A stretch of DNA of 64,000 bases, from positions 15,463 through 79,462 of the IMG/VR virus record IMGVR_UViG_3300048088_000336; one strand, given 5' to 3'. The notes below the pieces were generated by a model. It ran no database searches and had not been told where the DNA came from. It worked only from the letters and a program-made list of their open reading frames with translations. A program made the position numbers and the translations under genes. This document shows positions 26,670-35,503 of the stretch, piece by piece (the stretch's first letter is position 1; each line of letters begins with the position of its first letter). The DNA comes from a virus.

Positions 26670-27865
26670 CCACCGCGATCCCAACCCTGCCGACCGCACC
26701 GACGGTCAACCATTTCGCGCAACGCATCTTCGATCGACTCCCGGAGGCCTACCGCACGTTCGACGCCAACTCCGGTTACCCGTTCCTGCTCTACATCGAC
26801 GCCGTCACCCAAGAGTTGGGGGCGATCGACGTCGTCATCGACCGGATCACCGGGCAGCGCCCGGTCGGTCCGGCGACCCCCATTCCGTGGTCGTTGCACC
26901 CCTCGGCGTTGGCCGACTACAACGCCAACCGGGTCCTGCGGCTGTCCGAGCTGGCCGATCCCCTGGTGGCGGACGCGGCGTGGCTACCGTGGCTGGTGCA
27001 ACTCGTCGGCGGGCACCTTGATCCGGCCGCGTCGGTGGCGGAGCAGCGGGACACGATCCGCTACGCCACCTCGGGGTGGCAGGCGGGCACGATCTCCAGC
27101 ATCGAGTACGCCGCCCGCTCGGCTCTGACCGGTAGCCAGTACGCGAAGTGCATCCCGCACATGACCGACGGCGGCGCGGCCGGTGGCCCGTGGGATGTGG
27201 CGATCATGACCAGGTCGTCGGAAACCCCGGACCCCAGTGCGGTGATCGGCGCGATCCTGCGCAAGGGCGTGAAACCGGCCGGGGTGATCCTGCACCTGGT
27301 GCCGTTCGGGGCGTCGTGGGACATGCTGGAGTCCGCGCGGCCGATCTGGGACCTGTGGGAGACCGACACGGTCGGGCCGGTCACCTGGGACCGACTGGCG
27401 GACACGGGACTGTCCTACGCTGACGTGCCCGGCAACCTCGTGCCCAACGCCTCCTACGAGGTCAACGTCACCGGTTGGACAGCGGGGTCGAACACCACCG
27501 ACACGTGGCTGGCTGGGGGTGTCGACGGGCTCGGACAGGCCACCGTGCACGCCACGGCGGCCGGACAAATCAAGATCACGTCCTCGACGTTCCCGGTTAC
27601 CGCAGCCCTGGACTACCGCAGCTCGTGCGCCGTGAAACCCGGCAATGCCCGCACCGCCCGGCAGATCCGCACCTGGTCAACCGGTGCCACGGCCACCAGC
27701 CCCGATTTCGTTCTCCCCGCTGGGGTGTGGACGCGGATGCCGACGCACACTGTCACCGCGCCGACCGGGGCGACGACGGCGAGTGTCGCGTTGCAGGTCG
27801 ACGGCATGGGCGTAGGGGAAACCCTGGCGTTGGACGCGTGGGATGCGCGGCAGTACCACGGTTAA
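26666..27865 (+). CDS. Baseplate wedge / P2 gpI-like protein with C-terminal CBM4/9-like domain
   Basis: RLPEAYR, DAAWLPWLVQLVG, KPAGV; NLVPNASYE..GW begins the CBM-like domain. Confidence 0.82.
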   Translation: MTTAIPTLPTAPTVNHFAQRIFDRLPEAYRTFDANSGYPFLLYIDAVTQELGAIDVVIDRITGQRPVGPATPIPWSLHPSALADYNANRVLRLSELADPLVADAAWLPWLVQLVGGHLDPAASVAEQRDTIRYATSGWQAGTISSIEYAARSALTGSQYAKCIPHMTDGGAAGGPWDVAIMTRSSETPDPSAVIGAILRKGVKPAGVILHLVPFGASWDMLESARPIWDLWETDTVGPVTWDRLADTGLSYADVPGNLVPNASYEVNVTGWTAGSNTTDTWLAGGVDGLGQATVHATAAGQIKITSSTFPVTAALDYRSSCAVKPGNARTARQIRTWSTGATATSPDFVLPAGVWTRMPTHTVTAPTGATTASVALQVDGMGVGETLALDAWDARQYHG

Positions 27866-28038
27866 GTCGGGGTGCCCCGATAGACTTCCCACTGGTGGCC
27901 GCAGGGGTGTCAAGGCCGTTGCCCGCAAGCTTCGGACGACTCCATATGCGGTTAAGGTTCGCTCGGTCGGGCTTTTGGTGGCGGGCAGTTCCTCCCGGCT
28001 GCAATGAGCGCTCCTGCACGAGCCTGCGGCCACCTCCA

Positions 28039-28085
28039 GCGTGTCACTGCCGGTACAGCGCCCCCGGGCCTGCCACGATCACGCG
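28039..28085 (+). promoter_or_regulatory. Class II promoter, leaderless, for the tail fibre gene
   Basis: GCGTGTC-N28-CACGAT-N6-GTG 28086. Confidence 0.55.
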
Positions 28086-29855
28086 GTGACGGTGACCCGC
28101 ACACCCCGCCTGGGTGTAGAGCAGTGGAGTTCCGGCAGCGACTCGCCGTCGCGCACCGGGTTCAATCAAGACCTGCTGAACCTTGAGTCGAAGACCGCGA
28201 TCGACCAGCGCACCCCGGCCGCCGCACTACCCACCGCCGCCACCACCCTGCCGGTAGGCGGGACGACACCACTAGTGGCGGCGGAGTTCTTCCAACGCAC
28301 CCTGGATCTCGGTTCCGGTGCCACTGCTTACGCCCTGTACCGCACCGACTCAGGCGGCACCTGGCACGCGCAAGCGTGGGTACCGGAGCGGCTGCTGGTC
28401 CGACCACCAGACACCGTGCCAGCAGTCACCGCTGAAGCACTGCGGGTGGAGCACACCGGGGTCTCCAACGGGCCCGGCCTGTCGGTGTCCTGGGATGGCG
28501 CGGCGACACTGCGCAAGCAACTGATCCTCGGTGGTTCCGCCGACGGCACGGTCGGGCGACTTTCAATTGGTGGGCTGGATTCAATGCCCGCCGCTGTTCG
28601 GGCCCGCATCACCCCGGTGGGTTCTGAACGAGGCCTGGAGATCAAAGCCGGGGACGTCAACGTCACCGAACTACTCCGGTTGATCGAGTTCGGTGGGTCG
28701 ACGGTGCTCACCGTCACCGGCGCCGGGCAGATGTCCAGCACTCAGGGTGCCGCGTTCGGTGGTACACCTCCGGCAGCGTCAGCGGCGCTGGCCGCGTCCC
28801 CCAACGCAACCGGAGCGATCAACACCGGGATCCTCGGTTACGGGCAGGAGACCGCGCCAACGCGGGTGATCTGGCAGGTAAACCGTTTCCAGCCGGGCAG
28901 CTCCGACGTCAACCCGATCTTCTCCGTGGCACCGAACGCCATCGTGATCGGCCGGGTCTCCTCGGACTGGACCGGGGAACTGGATCTCGGCGCCGCCCTA
29001 ACCAAACTTTCCACGCCGCGTCTCGCATGGTTCCCCACAGCCGCATCCCAGTCCGGGAGCACCCCGTTCAACCCGTTCCCCGGTATGACCGGGTTCGTCG
29101 GCATCGACGCCACCAACGGACTCAGCTCCACGATCAGCGCACTGCTCAACAACTACGGGGACCCCACCCGTGACGCCGCCCGGCTCTACTCCTACCCGTC
29201 GTCGACCGCGACCTGGACGGGGGACATTCAGCGCGGCTACCAGGCTGAGATCATCTCCGGGGCCCCGGATGTGGCCCTGGTATCCCGCATCGACCCCCAA
29301 GGCCGGTCACTGGCCAACGCCCCGTGGCGCGGTTCCGGTGGCAAACCGGTCCAGTTGCGGGACCTGCGCCAAGGTGTGGTGCACGCCAGTAAAAAGATTT
29401 GGGTAGTCCCCGGGGACTACCCCGACGGGCAGTTCATCGCGTCGAACGGATCATTCACCTACGACTGGCCCACAATGACCGTGCGCTCGGCGTCGGTCAC
29501 CCAGTTGGAAGTGGAGATGCGCCTGGAGGCTTTGTTCTTCAAACAGAACTCCGGCGCCAACCCCGACCGGCAGGTCCTGCAAATCCGGTGGTTCTATTCG
29601 ATCGCCGGTGGGTCGTTCGTTTCAGCCGACCCCGACTACCAGGAGGCAGCCGCTACCACAGTGGACTCCCCGTGGCCGCAGGCACCGGGGGTGCAAAACA
29701 TTTGGACGGTGATCGTTCCGGTCACTGCGGCGGCCGGGACCACGTTCCGTATGCGCATGCAAGCACTGTTGTACGCCTACGCCAGTGACGGGCGGTTGCG
29801 CCGGGCGGACCTGCGGGTGAGGGAATCCATTGTCGAGACATATACGGCGGCCTGA
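28086..29855 (+). CDS. Tail fibre / receptor-binding protein
   Basis: TRTPRLGVEQWSSGSD..GFN N-terminus typical of actinophage fibres; position after the baseplate genes. Confidence 0.7.
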   Translation: MTVTRTPRLGVEQWSSGSDSPSRTGFNQDLLNLESKTAIDQRTPAAALPTAATTLPVGGTTPLVAAEFFQRTLDLGSGATAYALYRTDSGGTWHAQAWVPERLLVRPPDTVPAVTAEALRVEHTGVSNGPGLSVSWDGAATLRKQLILGGSADGTVGRLSIGGLDSMPAAVRARITPVGSERGLEIKAGDVNVTELLRLIEFGGSTVLTVTGAGQMSSTQGAAFGGTPPAASAALAASPNATGAINTGILGYGQETAPTRVIWQVNRFQPGSSDVNPIFSVAPNAIVIGRVSSDWTGELDLGAALTKLSTPRLAWFPTAASQSGSTPFNPFPGMTGFVGIDATNGLSSTISALLNNYGDPTRDAARLYSYPSSTATWTGDIQRGYQAEIISGAPDVALVSRIDPQGRSLANAPWRGSGGKPVQLRDLRQGVVHASKKIWVVPGDYPDGQFIASNGSFTYDWPTMTVRSASVTQLEVEMRLEALFFKQNSGANPDRQVLQIRWFYSIAGGSFVSADPDYQEAAATTVDSPWPQAPGVQNIWTVIVPVTAAAGTTFRMRMQALLYAYASDGRLRRADLRVRESIVETYTAA

Positions 29856-30092
29856 ATGAACTACACGCATTTGACGGAGAAGGATTTCGCTGGGCTGCGC
29901 GCCGAGCGGATCACGGTACTTGAGGGGGAGCATTACCGGGCGACGCTGCGCCTGCGGGAGTGCACTGGGGTTGCCGAGTTGGAGGCGATCGGCGCCCAGT
30001 TGGAGGAGATTGAGCGGCGCATCGCCGTGCACGGTGACGGCATGCCCGCGACGGAGGTCGACCCCGTGAACGAGGCCGCAGGCGCCCCGTGA
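29856..30092 (+). CDS. Hypothetical protein
   Basis: Abuts the fibre gene stop. Confidence 0.6.
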   Translation: MNYTHLTEKDFAGLRAERITVLEGEHYRATLRLRECTGVAELEAIGAQLEEIERRIAVHGDGMPATEVDPVNEAAGAP

Positions 30093-30295
30093 TCTCGCCG
30101 CGACTGGCCAACGTTGTGATCATTATCGTCACGATTGTGTGGGTGACGTCGTTCGCCGTGTCCTTATTCTCCCTGACCTACAAACCGGACCCGCAAATCA
30201 ACGTCATCTTCATGGCGATCACTGGCGGAGCGATGGCGTTGAAAGCCAAGCGCGGTGAAGGCGGACCTCCCAGCCCGCCGAGGCAGGCGCCGTGA
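30089..30295 (+). CDS. Small two-TM protein (holin-like candidate)
   Basis: Two TM helices and a basic C-terminus. Confidence 0.6.
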   Translation: MISPRLANVVIIIVTIVWVTSFAVSLFSLTYKPDPQINVIFMAITGGAMALKAKRGEGGPPSPPRQAP

Positions 30296-30900
30296 ACATT
30301 TTCTACGTCATCAACTCACTGGTGTGGTCACTGGTGGGCGGGCTGGCCGGATTCAAATACGGGCAGCTCTACCGAGACAATGTTGAGATTAAGAGGCGAC
30401 TGAGCATGGTCGAAAGCGAACTCCCCGACACCCCCGACGCCCCGGCGCCCGTCGCCCCGGTGAGGCCGCCCCGCTGGAAAGTTCTGCTGCACGAGCCCAG
30501 TTCCCGCCAGCTCGTCGGTGTCGTCGTCATCATCATGGCCGTGCTCACCGTGATCAGTGGCGCCTTCTACTCGCACCAACGCAACGCTGAAAGTAACTGC
30601 CAAACCGCGTACTTCAACGCCTACACCGAGGCCCTGCGCTCCCGCGATGACCTGGCCACCCGCTCCCGCGCCGGACTGGAGGCATACATCGCCGCCAGCA
30701 ACGACCTGTGGCTCGGTTTCCTGAAGAACGCCCCCGTCGCCGGGGGCCAGTCCACTGACGCGCAGCGCGCCGCGAGCATCGCCATCCTCAACGACTACCT
30801 GGCGAAGTCCCGTGCCTCCATCGCCGACCTGCAAGAAGTGGACAGGGCCAAGCAGGTGTTCCCGATCCCCGCCAACACCTGCCCCGGTGCCCCCTCGTGA
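30292..30900 (+). CDS. Membrane protein, lysis region
   Basis: Two TM segments plus a helical extracytoplasmic domain bounded by two Cys. Confidence 0.7.
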   Translation: MNIFYVINSLVWSLVGGLAGFKYGQLYRDNVEIKRRLSMVESELPDTPDAPAPVAPVRPPRWKVLLHEPSSRQLVGVVVIIMAVLTVISGAFYSHQRNAESNCQTAYFNAYTEALRSRDDLATRSRAGLEAYIAASNDLWLGFLKNAPVAGGQSTDAQRAASIAILNDYLAKSRASIADLQEVDRAKQVFPIPANTCPGAPS

Positions 30901-31505
30901 CGCGGGCCTTGCGCCCTGCCCCGCGTCGCAGCCCGTGGCGGTGGCTCACCCAGGACCGCCCCGCCCAAATCGCCGCCCTGGTCATGCTGGTCGCGGGAGC
31001 GGCGGTCACGATCGTGGACATGGGGGATCGGGACGCTCAAACCAGCGCGGCCAACGATCGGGTTACTCAGGTCTCCGCCGAACGTGACGTCTCCGTGGCC
31101 CGGTCACTGTCCCTGGCGGAGCAGGTCAAAGCCGCCTGCGCTGGTAGTGGCGCGATCGAACTCGGTGACGCGTGTCATTCAGCGGAGGTTGTTGTCGCCC
31201 AACCGATCCCCGGCCCGCGCGGCATCCCCGGCGCTCCCGGTGTGAGTGGCCCGCAGGGGCCACCCGGCGCGACAGGACCGACCGGGCCGACGGGGCCACC
31301 CGGTAAGGACGGCACCCCCGGAACCGATGGACGCAACGGCGCCCCCCCAGCGGGGTGGGTCATCGCCAACGCCGACGGATCAACCACCACCTGCGCTCGT
31401 GCCCGCGCCTTCGATCCGACCAACCCGCGCTACGCGTGCACCGCGCGCGGCCTGCCCGTCGCCCCCCGGGAGCAACCGGGCCCCCGAGTGGAACCGACAC
31501 GATAG
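30897..31505 (+). CDS. Membrane-anchored collagen-like protein
   Basis: TM helix, Cys pair, about 15 Gly-X-Y triplets ([10 protein letters not shown]...), second Cys pair. Confidence 0.8.
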   Translation: MTRALRPAPRRSPWRWLTQDRPAQIAALVMLVAGAAVTIVDMGDRDAQTSAANDRVTQVSAERDVSVARSLSLAEQVKAACAGSGAIELGDACHSAEVVVAQPIPGPRGIPGAPGVSGPQGPPGATGPTGPTGPPGKDGTPGTDGRNGAPPAGWVIANADGSTTTCARARAFDPTNPRYACTARGLPVAPREQPGPRVEPTR

Positions 31506-31517
31506 GAGGCCCTGGCC

Positions 31518-31871
31518 TTGTTAGGTTTCTGTCTGCCCCTGTACTGCAACCCTCAAGGCCCTAGCCTGCCGTTCGGCACCTGGTATTTGGCGATCTACGA
31601 CACGGTGCGGGTGGGGTGTGTGGTCGCCGCCCTGATCCTCATCGGCCGGATCGGGGTCGCGTGGCGCCGGTCATACCGTCACGGTGGGCAGCGGGACCGG
31701 TACCTGGCGCTGGCACTGTTCGCGTTCATTGTCGCCGCTACGGAGATCTCCCACATGGGTGACATCGCCTCCTACCGGTTGGTGGTCACAGCGGTCGCAC
31801 TGGGGTTCGCGCAGCGCGGCTTGCGCCGGTTCCCGGGGGAGACCTTGTCGGTGCCAAAGGGGTCGGCCTGA
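31518..31871 (+). CDS. Three-TM membrane protein (holin-like candidate)
   Basis: AGGAGG RBS; three hydrophobic segments. Confidence 0.65.
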   Translation: MLGFCLPLYCNPQGPSLPFGTWYLAIYDTVRVGCVVAALILIGRIGVAWRRSYRHGGQRDRYLALALFAFIVAATEISHMGDIASYRLVVTAVALGFAQRGLRRFPGETLSVPKGSA

Positions 31872-31919
31872 TCGGCGCGTCTACCAGGCATCGGGGCGGG
31901 CACGCCCGATGATGACGGC

Positions 31920-32333
31920 GTGACCGAAGACCGCCCGCTTGACGACACCACTGCCGGGTACGGGCGGCATGAGGCGGCGGCTACAGGTTCGTCGCTCATG
32001 CGGCTTATCCAGCGGATCCAGACGCAACACCAGATGATCGGAGATCTCGTGGCTACCGAGGCAGAGCAGATTCAACGCCTGAAGGACGATGTGGGCGGCT
32101 ACGTGAGCGCCATGCGCACGAAGGTGCAGTCCCTTCAGGATCAGATCACGAACCTGGGTGGGCAGGTGTCGTCGGCGGCGGCCGATCAGATGGGCCGCGA
32201 CGCCCAGGACCTGTCGGACAGCCTGGACACCTTGGAGCAGGCGTTCGCTCAGGACGTTCCCCCGGCCGCCCCGGCAACCCCGGCCGACCCGGGCACGGGC
32301 GGGACGACGGACCCAAACGCCCCACCGGCATGA
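31920..32333 (+). CDS. Coiled-coil hypothetical protein
   Basis: Heptad pattern; preceded by class II-like GCGCGTC-N26-GATGAT-N6-GTG. Confidence 0.65.
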   Translation: MTEDRPLDDTTAGYGRHEAAATGSSLMRLIQRIQTQHQMIGDLVATEAEQIQRLKDDVGGYVSAMRTKVQSLQDQITNLGGQVSSAAADQMGRDAQDLSDSLDTLEQAFAQDVPPAAPATPADPGTGGTTDPNAPPA

Positions 32334-32416
32334 TCAAGAAGCTTCTTGAGCTGGCGGCAGTGAAGAAGCTGCTCGACTGGTGGCGCAACCGCCACCAAGG
32401 CAAGGCCGGTAACTAG
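32330..32416 (+). CDS. 28-aa cationic amphipathic peptide MIKKLLELAAVKKLLDWWRNRHQGKAGN (not in ORF track)
   Basis: ATGA overlap with the upstream stop; mostly GC-ending codons; followed by a hairpin. Confidence 0.55.
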   Translation: MIKKLLELAAVKKLLDWWRNRHQGKAGN

Positions 32417-32423
32417 ACGTCGA

Positions 32424-32452
32424 GCCGGGGAGGGTGGCCGTCCCTCCCCGGC
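32424..32452 (+). terminator. Hairpin before the endolysin gene
   Basis: 11-bp perfect stem GCCGGGGAGGG / CCCTCCCCGGC. Confidence 0.55.
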
Positions 32453-32476
32453 CCGACACCCCCATCGGGAGGACTC

Positions 32477-33442
32477 GTGGCGCACCCATACCTGGGCGAC
32501 GTGCTGTGGTCCGACGTGTCCGAGTTCCAAACCGAGGTCACCGACCTCTACCCGTTCAACGCCCTGTGCATCCGCTCCAACGACGGCACTCACCGTGACC
32601 GGAATTTCATGGCCAACTACGCGTGGTCATTGCGGGCACTGGCCGCCAAACGCCTCAAACTGTTGATCGTCTACGCGGTGTACCGGGACAACTGGCAACA
32701 GACCGTGGCCACTATGCAATCCATGGTCGGCACCCCGCACCGGCGCATGGCTGTGATGATCGACGTCGAATCGTGGGGCGGGCAGATCACCGGGAACCAC
32801 TCCCCGGGAATCAACGCCATGCACACCGCCCTATCCCAGTGGCTCGGCAGCTACAAGCGGGTCATCGGCTACGGCAACACCGGGGACCTCAACGCCCTGT
32901 GGCCGGTCAAACCCGTCGGGGTGCGCATCATCGAAGCCGCCTACGGATCCAACCCCGACTACCCCGGCAAGATCGGCCACCAGTTCACCGACGGGCAAAC
33001 CAAGGACCGCATCGACGTGCCCCCGTTCGGATACGCGGACGCTGACTCCGCCGACGGCTACGACATCGACGCCCTGTGCGCCGCCCTGGGTATCGCCCCC
33101 GACCCCGCGCCCGCCCTAGGAGACCCCGACATGCCCGCCAACGAATGGCAAACCACCCCGGTGGCCACCCAGCACGCCGTGTGCTTCCCCGTGGGAGAGA
33201 AGGTGTCCTCCCTGATCACCCAAGGCTGGTTGTCGATCTTCCCGGCGCAGGACGCGGACGTGCACGTGGAGCTTTACGGCGGTGGCCTCAAACTCGCCGA
33301 GTTCACCGAGAAGGCCCCCCAGCGGGACCGATGGTGGAAAGAACTGCCCGACGGCACCGAGGGCGCCCTGGTGACCATCGCGACCCGCACCAACAGTGTC
33401 GCGGGCTGGTGTTTGGAACTGAAACCGAAAGCGAGTGTCTGA
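32477..33442 (+). CDS. Endolysin, GH25-like muramidase plus C-terminal domain
   Basis: DVSEFQ, IRSNDGT, MIDVESWGGQI, IGYGN and HQFTDG resemble actinophage GH25-type lysins. Confidence 0.85.
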   Translation: MAHPYLGDVLWSDVSEFQTEVTDLYPFNALCIRSNDGTHRDRNFMANYAWSLRALAAKRLKLLIVYAVYRDNWQQTVATMQSMVGTPHRRMAVMIDVESWGGQITGNHSPGINAMHTALSQWLGSYKRVIGYGNTGDLNALWPVKPVGVRIIEAAYGSNPDYPGKIGHQFTDGQTKDRIDVPPFGYADADSADGYDIDALCAALGIAPDPAPALGDPDMPANEWQTTPVATQHAVCFPVGEKVSSLITQGWLSIFPAQDADVHVELYGGGLKLAEFTEKAPQRDRWWKELPDGTEGALVTIATRTNSVAGWCLELKPKASV

Positions 33443-33984
33443 TGGGTAAGTGGATCGGCCGTGAGGCCGCGCAGTGGCCGCACCTGGTCGGCATGCTGGC
33501 GGTCCTGTTCACGCCCCTGTTGCACCTGACCACCGACCAGTCCGGTGCGCTGATCGCGGTGATTGTCGGTGTCACCGGTGGGGCGACAGCGGTCAGTGTC
33601 GGTGGGGAGAAGGCCGCCCCCCTGGTGGCCGGGCTGATGAAGGCCGTGCTGGCGGTCGCTCTGGCGATCCACCTGGACTTCTCACCGGGCGCGCAGGCCG
33701 CCGTGATGGTGTTCGTGGAGGCCATTGTCGGCTGGTACCTGCGCACCCAGGTCGTCGCGCCGGTGCCACCGATCCCCGTCGTCGCGCCTCCCGTGGTGAC
33801 ACCCCCGGTGGTGGCCGCGCCGGTGACGGTGACCCCCACCCCGGACCCGCTGCCGGTGACGGTGGTCGCCGAGGCCGTCCATGGTGCCCATGAGGCGCCT
33901 GTCGCGACAGGGCCGGTGCCTGCGGTCGGCTACCTCGACGACGCGCCGTTGGGGCCACCTCAGGGGGGCCCGCTCGCGCCGTGA
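33442..33984 (+). CDS. Holin-like four-TM protein with Pro/Val-rich tail
   Basis: GRE N-terminus, four TM segments, LRTQVVAP; coupled to the endolysin stop. Confidence 0.7.
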   Translation: MGKWIGREAAQWPHLVGMLAVLFTPLLHLTTDQSGALIAVIVGVTGGATAVSVGGEKAAPLVAGLMKAVLAVALAIHLDFSPGAQAAVMVFVEAIVGWYLRTQVVAPVPPIPVVAPPVVTPPVVAAPVTVTPTPDPLPVTVVAEAVHGAHEAPVATGPVPAVGYLDDAPLGPPQGGPLAP

Positions 33985-34337
33985 GGAAACGGATCCAGCA
34001 GGGCACGTCCCGGGTGGTGTCAGCTCGCGACATTGTCGACGACAATGACGCACCGCTGGTTGTCGAGGGGTGGCACGTGCACGGGGTGGCGCGGGCGAAC
34101 CACTCCGAGGGGGCCCTGCTGGCGGAATGGTCGGACACCCCCACTGGCGGGCAGGGGAGGGCAACGGCGGCGGGACGCACGGTGTCGCTGTTCATCACCC
34201 CGGAGATGTCGTCCGCGTGGGTGTGTGACCGGGTCGCGATCCAAGCGAAGATCATCAATCCGGGCGACCCGGATGACCAGACCGAACGCATCATCGACGA
34301 AACCTACGACTTCGACCTGGAGGCAGTGTTCACGTGA
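33981..34337 (+). CDS. Hypothetical beta-rich protein (possibly BppU-N-like)
   Basis: Coupled ORF; family assignment is tentative. Confidence 0.55.
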   Translation: MRKRIQQGTSRVVSARDIVDDNDAPLVVEGWHVHGVARANHSEGALLAEWSDTPTGGQGRATAAGRTVSLFITPEMSSAWVCDRVAIQAKIINPGDPDDQTERIIDETYDFDLEAVFT

Positions 34338-34651
34338 CCGCCCCAACCCTGCACCGCGACTGGGTGTGCGCCAAAGGCTGCGGCTCGGCCGCCCGCACGG
34401 TCGATGACAAACTCCCGCACCACCGGTGCAAGCGCATGGCCGGACTGATGGTGCCCCTGATCATCGCCGGAACCAAAGCGAAGGTCGAAACAGTGCAGCG
34501 CGGCGACTACGTCGGCAACGACCTCGTACAACGCGATGCCGACGGCAAAGTGTGGATGTCCACCGTGGTCACCCGAGATGAGGGTCAGGACTGCACGGTC
34601 TACGCCCCTTGTGCGACAGCGACCGTAGACAGAGGGGAAGTGCAAGGGTGA
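34334..34651 (+). CDS. Hypothetical Cys/His protein
   Basis: CAKGC, HRC; coupled ORF. Confidence 0.65.
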   Translation: MTAPTLHRDWVCAKGCGSAARTVDDKLPHHRCKRMAGLMVPLIIAGTKAKVETVQRGDYVGNDLVQRDADGKVWMSTVVTRDEGQDCTVYAPCATATVDRGEVQG

Positions 34652-34971
34652 CCGACCACGAGCGGGAGCAGGCGCGGCGCGAGGCCGTAGCCGCCGTCCC
34701 GGTGCACGAGCGGCAAGTCGAGGCCGCGCAACAGCGCGTCGACGGGGCCACCGCGAAGATCGCGAAGTTCAACGAGCACGTCGAGGGCTTAACGGCTGAC
34801 CTGACAGCGGCGCAAGAGAACCTCGCTACCGAGCAGGCGGACCTCCAGGCAGTGCGGGAACGCGCGGCGGAGGTTCTCGCCGAGGGTCCGGTCGCGATCA
34901 GCGGAATCGAAGTTCGGGCGGTCGCCGGGGTCGCTGGTGCCGTGGCTGAGGGCAAGGGTGGCGGTAACTGA
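34648..34971 (+). CDS. Coiled-coil hypothetical protein
   Basis: GTGA overlap with the upstream gene; heptad pattern. Confidence 0.6.
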   Translation: MTDHEREQARREAVAAVPVHERQVEAAQQRVDGATAKIAKFNEHVEGLTADLTAAQENLATEQADLQAVRERAAEVLAEGPVAISGIEVRAVAGVAGAVAEGKGGGN

Positions 34972-35465
34972 TGGCATGGTCCGCGAGCAAGATTTTCCGG
35001 GCCTACCTGGCCGACGTGCTGGACAACACGACCGCCCTCGATTTGGGTTCGGACGCGTTCAAAGCCGCCCTCTACGACAACTCGATCACCCCCGATGAGA
35101 ACGTCACCTCCGCGAACTCCGCCTACGGTGGCGCCGGTGTGTGGACCGCCACCGGCAGCGGCAGCGGCACCGCCCAGGTGTACCAGGCCGGGCAGTGGGC
35201 GCAGGCCGGTGTCGCACTGGGCAGCCCGGTCATCAACTCCGGCACGTCAGATGTGGTGTTCTTCGACGCCAACGACACCGCATCCGGGGCCGCCGCAACA
35301 CTGAGCAACATTTTCGGTGCCCTGGTTTATGACACGACCGTGACCACACCCGTCACCCAGCAGGGGATTTGTTTCAACTACTTCGGTGGCACCAACGCCG
35401 TCACCAACGGCACCTTCACCTCCGTATGGAATGCCCTGGGGCTCATGCGGATCACCATCACCTGA
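34971..35465 (+). CDS. Putative virion structural protein (fibre-associated)
   Basis: DLGSDAFKAALY...FDAND...ALVYD..TNGTFT pattern, recalled from phage fibre-module proteins. Confidence 0.65.
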   Translation: MAWSASKIFRAYLADVLDNTTALDLGSDAFKAALYDNSITPDENVTSANSAYGGAGVWTATGSGSGTAQVYQAGQWAQAGVALGSPVINSGTSDVVFFDANDTASGAAATLSNIFGALVYDTTVTTPVTQQGICFNYFGGTNAVTNGTFTSVWNALGLMRITIT

Positions 35466-35503
35466 TCCGAACAAACAAGGGGTAGACGGGCGGGAGGCTG
35501 ACG

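Noticed and set aside
14771-29855. Stand-alone extracellular contractile injection system or tailocin
   Set aside because: Capsid, head-tail, terminase and replication genes are in the same element, and no CIS AAA+ ATPase was seen
28086-29855. Diversity-generating retroelement or invertible tail-fibre cassette
   Set aside because: No reverse transcriptase, invertase, or duplicated template of the fibre C-terminus was seen
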